A stretch of DNA of 64,000 bases from Chrysomallon squamiferum (lineage: Eukaryota > Animalia > Mollusca), in assembly GCA_012295275.1 (NCBI GenBank), contig CM022676.1:15934001-15998000 (forward strand), in the 5' to 3' direction. Shown here one piece after another: positions 53,261 to 64,000 of this stretch. Under the pieces are notes generated by a model. It did not search any database, was not told the origin of the DNA, and worked only from the letters and a program-made list of their open reading frames with translations. Position 1 is the stretch's first letter; each line of letters starts with the position of its first letter. Both the position numbers and the translations under genes were made by a program.

Positions 53261-55119
53261 TCAGGTATTTTTAGAGTAAACCTTGTGAACCCTGAAACCG
53301 TGGAATAGTCCTAATAGCCGATTAGAGAAAATGAAATAAAACAATTCGGTAATAGACAAAAAATATTTAGAGTATTTACCGTTTTCTCCATAGGTACAGT
53401 CAAACATTTTGATGTACATACACACACTCAGATATATACATATCTTACACAGATCAACACAAATATGTGCATATATACACACACACCCATACACACACAG
53501 TCATATAGAAGTGCCCGTTTTGCTGTAAACTACAGTAACATATTTGATCCTCCTAAATATTAACCGAGTATATCTTTGTGTGTTAATGACACACTAATTT
53601 ATCTAGACTACATTTCAAACAAACAGAGTTAATTTTATATACTGGTCATGCTAGTTTCATCACACGACTACAACCAGTGTACAATTATATTTGGAAAAAA
53701 ACAAAAAGAAAGAAGCATTATAATTATCTCTAGATAAGTTGTAATGTTTTAAAAGAGTGTGATCTTGCATAGCAAGACAACAACTATGTCAAATGAAAAG
53801 AAACAATGAATGCATAATAATTTGTAACCATCAGTATTATGTTACCTACACAAACTGATGTCTCGTTTTGATTTTAATAAACACACCTATGATTTCCATA
53901 CATTTTTTTAAATGTATTTTTATCTTGCACAGTGGATACCTATTTACGTCTAAGTTCTCCTGTTCAAAAACTTGACATTTCTCAGTAGTTTACTTTAGCC
54001 AATCATAAATCAGAATAGAAAGTAGTGAGAAGGCTATTTTTTTTAGCTAAATATGGATACTTATGCATATCTGTGTTTGTATACATGTTTGTACATATGT
54101 ATATATGTATCCGTTTAAATATGCATCTGTGTACGTATCAATAATTATCTGTGAATGTGACTAATATTTACAGCAATTATTATAGGAATTATTAAATTAA
54201 ATTATTAAGTTTGTGATAATAAAATATAGCTAATGTGTCCTATTAATATTTAATAGTTCTCGCCTATATACAAAGCGGAAGAGGTGAACAATAATAACAT
54301 GTGATATCGTCCAGTAAGCTGAACATCGATCGTACTTGTGAACCGGGACCAGTACAAAACAAAAAAAATATTTTTGAAAACACGATTTTTAAGCAAAGGA
54401 TAAATTAATGAAATTAATGATATTATTTAAACCGAAACGTTTTGATTTCATAATTCGTCACTTTTCGACGATCGTTCACATAAAAACTGTTATGGCATAC
54501 ATACGACACCCAAACTTGAATGAACAGTGTCAATACATTATACTAACTAAATTAATGCATCAGTCAATAATTACAAAAATCTGATATATCTAAACTTATC
54601 ACTCGATTCTCGTTATGGGTTCATTCGTTATGATTTTCATCTTGTTTCACTTGTATTTTATCTCAGTCACTGCGTCAGTTTAAGTAAAAATTGTGTCGAC
54701 TTTCTGCGAGCAGGATTTGATATCTATCCGCATACAGATTGCTGCTGACACATTTTTTTCCTTTTACTTTTATGCTTTAATATATTTTTTCTTTATTTTT
54801 AAATTATTTAAATTATTAATATTTTTTTCTACAATAAACTATTTTTTTTTAATGTTTTCTCCCTCAGTTAACGCTATTAATTGCATTCATTGATGATCAC
54901 ACTTTATTTAAACACAAGTCTCCTTATGATGCATTCCCATTAGCATTTACTGTTCCTGAAAAGATTTAATTTCTTGATTTGACCCTAATTAGGTCGCATA
55001 ATTTTGTTTGCTGAATGATCAAATCGAGTATGTATAATGCAATTTGTATTGTAATAAACATTATATACATTAAACCACTGTAGTTATAAAAAATACATCA
55101 ATTTAAAAATAAAGACATA

Positions 55120-56158
55120 TTCATATTACATATTTAAAAACTGACCAAATTATTTTGCCTCTGTCAGACACAATGCTTATCTTGATTCCTATTTTTGTAT
55201 ATTTAACATTCTGACTGACTAAGTTTAAACTTATAATCGGAAAGCTAACTGAATCCAGATTTATACACTGTATAATTATTCTACATGTAGCTCTTTGACA
55301 ATTCATAAACAGGCAAACAGACAAATATAATATGTTAATTTAACCCAATTGTGTATGTTTTAGGATTATATCATGGTACGACTATTTCACAATTCATAAA
55401 CGAGCATACAGACAAAATATACTATTTAGATATGATTGTTGCAGTTATTTTTTTCTTGTTTGCTGTTGTTGTTTTTGTTTGTTTGTTTTTAATTATTATT
55501 TTATTTTATAGATCGTTAAAGCATACTTTAAGATAATTTTGTAATGCAGTTTTCGTTTTCCAAATAGATCCCTGACCATATAATAGTACTCAAATCATAC
55601 TCGCATAACCAGTATAGCAAATGTGTGTTTGTTTGTTATGTAGGTCAGATACAAGCAGTGTGTCACTGCTGCACGAGATACACAGAGGTACAACCCAGTG
55701 CTATTTACGACGACTTGCAATATTCACTGTTTTTGTACGGTGTCTGCGCGTAAGTGTAGAAATAAATACGAAAATATGAAATAATTTACGTTTATCAACA
55801 TTCAAGATAAATAATAATACATGTTCAATACCAAAAATAATGGGAGAATCAACAACAACAACAGCTATATATCATAAAACATACACAAGAAAAAGGTAAA
55901 TAGATGCATTTTATTATTTGCTGCATTTAGATTGTTGAACGTTATCTTCTTCTTCTACTTCTTCTTCCTCTTGTTCAGTTATTAATCAGGTCGGAACATC
56001 GCTTATCGACAAACCAGTGAAATATATTCTATATTCAAATTTTGTGAATTAGATTCATAGCAAATTTAAATCATAAACAGAGACGGTAGAAAAATATCTC
56101 AGAAAATTAAATAGCAAATCTTTGCTCTCAGGATTCCCTTTGTTTACCGTGAAAGTCA

Positions 56159-56222
<64 letters not shown>

Positions 56223-57110
56223 GATAATCACAGTCATTAAGAATCTAAATTATGTTCTTAATTATGTGGCACCCACGTCTATAGGTATATATATATATAT
56301 ATATATACAATTGAAAAACTCGCAGAGACAAGAATTATATTTTATCTGAAAATACTTTTAAAATGTTCTGCTGGTTGTTAACTGTTTACGTCTTAAAAGC
56401 TTGTTTTCACTCAGTGAATTTTCTAAAACGTGAATATTTGTTATTTAGATCAGACAGCAACAGCTCAGTACTGCTACCACGATTGCTATGCTACTTTGAC
56501 TTGTGATCTACACCGACAAAATTCTACACGCCTATTTTAATTAGTACTGTTATACTATTTTATTTTTTTAATTAATTTATTTTATTTTATTATTGTTTTG
56601 TTTCATTATTATTTGTTTTTATTATATATTTATAATTTATCGATGAACTGAAACCCAGGAAAATATTTGGTGTGTAATCTACGCATTTATTCTACAACCA
56701 GAAGCTTCTACACACTTATTTTCATTATGATTTCGTTTCTTTTCGTTTTTTAATCATATATGTATCAATTACCAAATAGCTTGGAAATAATGTTCTTGCA
56801 TATATAAATATCAGACGCGAACAGCTCAGTACTGCTACCACGATAGCTAGACGCGTGCTACTTTGACTTGTGATCGACAAAATTCTACACGCCTATTTTA
56901 ATTATTATTGTTATGTAATTCTTTTATTTTTATTGTTATTATTTTTTTTAATTATTGTTATTTTTTATTACATATTTATAATTTATCAATGAACTGAAAC
57001 GCAAGAAAATATTTAGTGTGCAGATTGTACACACTTATTTTAATTATTATTATTATATATATTTTTTTTAATCATACCAGTTACCAAGTATCTTGAAAGT
57101 AATTTTCTTA

Positions 57111-57167
<57 letters not shown>

Positions 57168-57670
57168 CTTTATCTGCCTGCTTTAAATCAGACGCCAAAT
57201 TAGTTTTACGCCGAGTAGATCACACGCCAAAATTGCAAAATAAACCAGACTAAATTGTTTGGAAAGCCATGTAAATTCCAGAGTCACTCATCTGAAACAG
57301 ATTTAACCTCCTAACACAATCTGCTCAAATGATTCTCGCGTAACCAGTATAGCGAGTGTGTGTTTGTTTCTTATATAGATCAGATTAAACAGTGTGTATG
57401 ACGAGACAAGAAAGGTATATTTACGACGATCTTAAAAAGTCATTGTTAATACTCCGGGCATAAGCGAACAAATAAACAGTAAACATGATTTGTCAGAAGA
57501 TAAATTACTGCAACTCATTAATATCAATAACAGCAATAAAGACGATGACAATAATAATAATAATAATGATAATTAAAATGATGATGATAATAATAACAAA
57601 AATGATGATGATGATGATGATAATGATGACGATGGAGCTAGCAGCTTTAATGGCACCATAAATAAAATAA

Positions 57671-57714
<44 letters not shown>

Positions 57715-58207
57715 TAATAATAATATAGATACCAAAATTTCAAATGAAAAATGTTTGCTTCAAGTATTTTTATATCATCATCACGGACGACAGCAACAAA
57801 AATAATAATTAAAAAGTAAATAATAATAGTAAATACGTCATACAATTATAATCTCTTTAAACTGTTTTAATGTCGTTCATCTCTTTCCAAATTAAAACTT
57901 TCTGTTTGATTTAGTTCTTTTTTTGTTGAGTGTAATAATCTCGTTAACAAAACACATCGTCTGCTTCTGAAAACGTGACTGAAGTCACATATTACAAGTC
58001 ACGGTTCTTGGGTTGTCATGTGTCACTTTACAGGGGTCAAAGTCAGACAAAAGCTATAAAGAAGCCGAACAACTTGTTAAGGGTACCGCTTAATTGTTTT
58101 TTTTGAAATTTTCTATTATTCTATAGCTGTTTAATTTAATATACAAAGTGAGAAACCAGTAAAACAGACACACCTGATGGACCAGATGTAGTACTCGCAG
58201 TACTCTC

Positions 58208-58279
<72 letters not shown>

Positions 58280-59038
58280 TGAAAAAAAGAAAAAGAAATA
58301 AAACCATATTCTAACAACTAATAATATATATCAGAGATAATGCAACCTTCAAACATTAAATAAACAGCACAGTACCAAACAGTACAAATAAATATGTTAT
58401 CTCCGAAATACGTTTATAATTAAACAAAACAAAATAAACCAAAATACAGAAACATTCATTTGAAACCTGTTTAATGAAAAAATTGATAACCGGAGAATCA
58501 TTTTTTCTTAATTATTTTTACAAATTTTAAGTCGAGTGTATTAAACATATAGACAGTTAGAAACACAGACTATATTGCATAATTACAGCATGAAGACAAA
58601 TAATAATAAAATATTACTAAATCTCAAACTCATTACTTATGACCAAAGTTTCAGTGGTTCTCCACAGATACCTCTGAGTAGATCGAAGGTAAACACGGGC
58701 TCTGCAAGAACCCACTTGTCTCGACAAGGCGTATTTTTTTCAAATACAGTTTTCTTTGTTGCCTGTATATTTTCTATTCCCACCCGCAAAATCAGACAAA
58801 AAAAAAAAATAATAATAATAAAAAAAGCAACAAAAATCACAATGAAATGAAACAGCCAAAATATTTATGCCAGGTTTTCAAAGTTTGATTACATCACTCT
58901 TATTCACAAGACATTCACTATAAGTTTCTACAAAGATTATGAGGAATGTACATTACATGACGGCCACCTCCTAAGACAAATTGCTAAATCGTGAGACGAT
59001 ATCATCCAGCAGATTCCCAATATATATATATATATATA

Positions 59039-59081
<43 letters not shown>

Positions 59082-61383
59082 TAAACAACAATTATGAACC
59101 CTATAAAAGTAATAACGATAAGGTAGACAGCAAAATGAGGTTCTACACTACTTCTGATGGATTAATTTTTCTTGTTGACCAAAATCTTCAGCTCGTCATT
59201 TGTCTTGTAAGCCACAGTTCTTCGGTGTCACATCATATTTATTTGGTGGTATATGACATTTCATATAATTATTTTATCTTATTCTTTTTACTGTATGTCG
59301 GTGTAATTTAATAAAGAAGGTGAAGTTACAAGTGACAATCTCAAAAGTAAGCAACGAAGAATGTAATAAAAGATGACAGAGTTTCATTCCATGTCAAATT
59401 CCTCAAGTAAAGTAAGAATACAATTTTAACTTCACCACATTATATTTTAGCCGTAATATAACAGTACAATGAAATAACATAAGCTGCATCCAACAATAGT
59501 GTAACCTCATGACATGTATGTATTAAATCACTAAAAACTGTGAGCACGTCTCTATTACGTACATTTTATTACTGAACTCAAAATGTTATAGATTCTGCAA
59601 ATTTTATATTGTGAGTTCATTTCAAGATCATGTGGTAACAAAGTCAGATGTAAAGTAAAAAAAAAAGGTGAAAAAGGATACAAGGTTTAGTTGTACATAT
59701 TAAGGAAATAACGGCGCATTTAGAATCGCTATAAACTTAGATTTCGAATGAAATCGTTTCATCCAAAAGTCTCACTGATTACCAGATATCAGGTCTGAAA
59801 AGTTGTTATGACAATGTCAAAGTTGGAATGTCAATAATGGTAAGGAAATATATTTAAGATTTAAGCAAATAAGATCCTATACACGAAAGTTTATCAGTGA
59901 ATCTTTTGTCGCTGCAGTTTAAGCCATTACTCAGACAACGATTCTCTTTTTATAACATACTTCTGTGTTTCACTGGTTCTGAGATTTAAATAAAATGGAC
60001 AGTATAAAAGAGAAATTCGATCTAACCGAAAATTATCCATGTGAATGCAACTTTTATTGTCATTATTGTTAAGTAGTTCACTCTTTATACGTATATTAAT
60101 AAAACAAATAATAATACTGACATACCTGAAATGACTGTAGATATCTTTAGATGCTTTGATATAAAACACATATAAATAATTGCTTCATCAACGATCAAAA
60201 AATTATCAGTAGTAATGTTGATCAGAATAGCACTAAATGTGACTACGATACGCAGTCATTTATCAGCATGGGTGCAGTCTGAATCTTAACTATTAAACTA
60301 TTAATGGATATGAATTTTAATATAATTATCTCTCTTCTCCCTTCACAGTTATACTTTCTTATTGTTAATTAATTATTATAATTATGAATGAATATTTGTT
60401 TTGATCTTCCCAGAATACGATCTGTAGCGAGAGCTTCGTGATTCCTGCTATATTTTTTAACTTTTTTAAAGACACAAACTCATCTGTTTTGTTTCAAAGT
60501 AATGGTGAAGCGCATGTTATAGTTTAATTGCTACTAACAAAAATACTAGAGGTATTGTGTGTTTATGGGATTGCTGTCTCAACATGTCTGTGTTATGAAC
60601 CGGTGGATTAAAAAACCAAGAAAAAATACATTAAAGTTCTTTATTTTCTTTTAGTGATAGAATATGTTTAGTACGGAATCTGGTTTCGCTAATTACAACT
60701 AGATGATACATGCAGTATCTTTATAATCACAAACAATTTTTCAGTATAGTGTCTTTGCTCATTACCTTGCTTATGGAAAAAATAATAATAATGACCAGTA
60801 TGTTCTACAGTGTGCTACAGAACATTTTTCCAAAGAGCTAAAACTCATTCGTGACGGGAATTACCATGATACCAAATATAACAAAACACTGGAAAATCCT
60901 AGACAACATCGGTGTGATTTTTTGTTCTCTGAATATTTAGGTAAGTCATCAGATTACATCATGATCTTGATGATGCATTAAAATTATTTTATCATCAGAG
61001 GCAGAACAGATATTTCTGGAGTACCCATTTAACAGTCATCGCAGTTGCTAGGAGATCAATCCCTTCTGAATCTTGAATTATCTTTAGGCAACCTGTAATG
61101 TTTTAACGGAGAACCTTTTCATAACAAGTAGACAAACATTCAATTATACACAAAATTAAGCTGTAAAATGGCAGCTTGCGTTTCAATGATCATGGTTCTG
61201 ACCCTATGTCTAGTCACCACAAAGGTGAGTTTAGTGTCCGTTAATTTATTTTTATTGACTTTGTGTACCTTGAGTTAAACCATTTTGACTTGTAGTACTT
61301 GTATTTGTTCCATCATCATCATCTCATTATCATAAACGACATTACATTATGAATACTTAGTTTTTAATATCTTCATCCTTAAA

Positions 61384-61460
<77 letters not shown>

Positions 61461-61581
61461 TTCGCGCGCGCGCTTTCTGCCCTTTTCTGTGCCCCTCTAT
61501 CTGTTATTAAATTCGTTTTTGTATTTAACTTAATATTATGATGATATTGATATCTATTGATGCGTTAAAACAAAAAAAATC

Positions 61582-61624
<43 letters not shown>

Positions 61625-61750
61625 GATTATCAACCATAATCAAGGGCCCCATTTCAGATATTATCAATTTTTTGTGTGTTTTTTTCTGGAGCAGTAATGA
61701 ATAATAAAAAAATATATCCAAAGTCTAAATCAAAAATCTCATAATGAATA

Positions 61751-61788
<38 letters not shown>

Positions 61789-62330
61789 CAGTTTTTTTCT
61801 TGAATAAAAGAAAGGACTTGAACAGTAAAAGTAAAACTATTCTGATTATTTTGATGCAGCCAGAAACAATGATTGTAAACGATGTGGTGGTGAGATTGCT
61901 GCTGTTGCTAACAATGTCTGTGGTGTTGGTGTCGCTTACAGAGCAGGAGTTTCAGGTATGAATTAAATATTTAATTTATAAAACGTTAATAGAGAGATAT
62001 AGATGTAGTTAAATTGTAACAAATTCTCACGGAAACAAAAATATAATGGCAAATAATATATCTCTCTCTGTTGACCTCTCCTTTGTTATATGCGTATACA
62101 CACACACACAAAAACATTCATACATTCACACAGAACTGTTCTCTTCGACGTTACTTTCCATTATTGTAGAGCTGACTTACGTCCAAATATTGCCATATAA
62201 TGTATAGAAAAACAGCTGGCTGACTTCCAAATATTATATTCATAATAACAAAAAATACAACAGAAAATGTCTGACGTTAGTGATTTAAAAGAAAGATACA
62301 AACAAACAAATAAATAACTAAATAGTAAGA
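55120..62330 (+). repeat. Segmental duplication copy D, direct paralog of 1040-9910
   Basis: Collinear with copy A over ~7.2 kb, including microsatellite positions. Confidence 0.9.
61869..61955 (+). CDS. Putative leader exon MIVNDVVVRLLLLLTMSVVLVSLTEQEFQ of a gene that may continue beyond the window
   Basis: Acceptor attttgatgcag ends 61859, ATG at 61869, donor cag|gtatga at 61956. An upstream perfect donor aag|gtgagt at 61225 suggests a non-coding first exon. Confidence 0.55.
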
Positions 62331-62336
62331 ATAATA

Positions 62337-62386
<50 letters not shown>

Positions 62387-62719
62387 CAGAATCATAATGA
62401 TCCGTAGTTGCCCCCATTTTCTGACACTAATTAGCAAAACATTAATGAACCGTAAGAATATGAATTTATAAATATAATATACATTATAGCTCAATAAATA
62501 TGGCTATAATATCATATTTTAGATAGTATAAAATGTATCGGAAATTCTGCTTCAAATGGGCATCTTAAAATGAGGATTGTATGAATATTATATATTTCAC
62601 TACACACACACAAAAATTATGATTAAAAATATCTGTCAAAGACTCACTAATAAGTCACAGAGATGTGAAAAAAAATAAGAAATAAAAATAATAATTGTAT
62701 CAATTATTTCTGGTACCGT

Positions 62720-63917
62720 AAACTTAAACCAACTGTGCATATAGATAAAACTTTTTGCAATCCATAAACGAACAAACAGACAAAAGGTAATAATTAGATG
62801 TGATTCACATTTAATGAAAGCGTGGACACTCAGACATTAAATATGCTAATATGTATTGAATGTTCATTAATGCGAAACAAATAATAATGGTTTATACTTG
62901 TGAAACACTGACTGGCGATAACTGTTATGATATTTCTCGTAGGAAAATAGTCCGTTTCGTACATTCCGGTTTCGATGATTCTCTATATACTTAGGACTGT
63001 TTTACATTAGTGTTAATTGTTGTGTTTTTGTCTCTCTTTTTGTTTTCTCTTTTTTTAGGTTAGAGAACGTTATACCTTACGTAAATATGATTTTATAACG
63101 CTATGTTCGTTTTTTCTGATATGTAATGATGCTGAAATGATACTCGCATAACCAATATAGCAAGTACGTATTTGCTGCTTATTTACGTCAAATAATAAAT
63201 AGTCTGTCACTGCTGCACGAAATACACAGAGGTATACCCGTATCTTACTAACTATGATCTAAAAAATGTATTGTTAATACAATATCTGCGCTAAAGAGGA
63301 GAACTAAATAGGAAAATATAAAATAATTTACGTTTATGAACATTCAAGATAAAGAATACCAACTGTTGAATAAGTAATAACAACAATACTGCACTATAAA
63401 AAAAATGAAAAAAAAAAAAATGTAATCAGATAAATTTAATTATTTGAGCGTTGTTTTCTTCATCTTCTTCAGTTATTAGTAGACAGGTCAGAACATCGTT
63501 TATCGACACACCAGTGAAATACATTCCATATTCAAACTTTGTGAATTAGATTCATAGCAAGTTTAAATCATAAAAGTTATCGTTGAATGCTATTTTCTTC
63601 TTCTTCTTTTTCCGTTATTATTAGACATGACCGAACACCAGTAAAATGCATTTGGCATTAAAATTCAAGGAATTATATTCATAGGAAATTAACCATTGAA
63701 CAACTCGTAGAGAAAAGCATTATATTTTGGTTTGAAGATAATTTTAAAATGTTCTCTCAGTATATACATGCAATTTCTAACACGTGAATGTTTGTTATTT
63801 AGATCAGAGAGCAACAGGTCAGTACTGCTACCACGATTGCTAGCTGGGTGCTGCTTTCGCGTATGATCTACGCGATCTAGTCTTATACACCGAAACAAAC
63901 TCTACACGCTTTTTTAA

Positions 63918-63930
<13 letters not shown>
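62720..63930 (+). repeat. Further, more diverged copy of the start of the duplicated unit (paralog of ~1270-2700 and 55330-56550)
   Basis: aaaccaactgtgcat, aatagtccgtttcgtac, gtctgtcactgctgcacga, caggtcagaacatcg and gatcaga-agcaacag occur in the same order. Confidence 0.8.

Positions 63931-64000
<70 letters not shown>

Overview
AT-rich, microsatellite-rich eukaryotic DNA from an invertebrate, probably a mollusc (inferred from composition, repeats and gene content). Most ORFs in the supplied track are microsatellite artefacts. (1) A multi-exon minus-strand gene (~33770-49532, possibly reaching 50676) that I reconstructed exon by exon. It encodes a type I membrane receptor: 4 group-A SRCR domains, 2 Ig-like domains, FN3, TM and a tail with three Tyr motifs including ITIM-like SIYENV. 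SRCR3 has a +1 frameshift. SRCR1 and SRCR4 are recent duplicates whose second exons differ mostly at non-synonymous sites. (2) A decayed ZNFX1-like SF1 helicase paralog (~15474-19100, +) with an internal deletion, stops and a ~1.85 kb putative exon of 27-bp/9-aa repeats, plus a second copy of its 5' end. (3) A 4.6 kb 39-40 bp satellite. (4) Tc1, Tigger/pogo and L2/CR1-like relics. (5) Large direct segmental duplications. One pair brackets the receptor gene and another carries a promoter/leader-exon module. Overall this looks like a birth-and-death innate-immune gene neighbourhood. All alignments were done by eye; no database searches were run.
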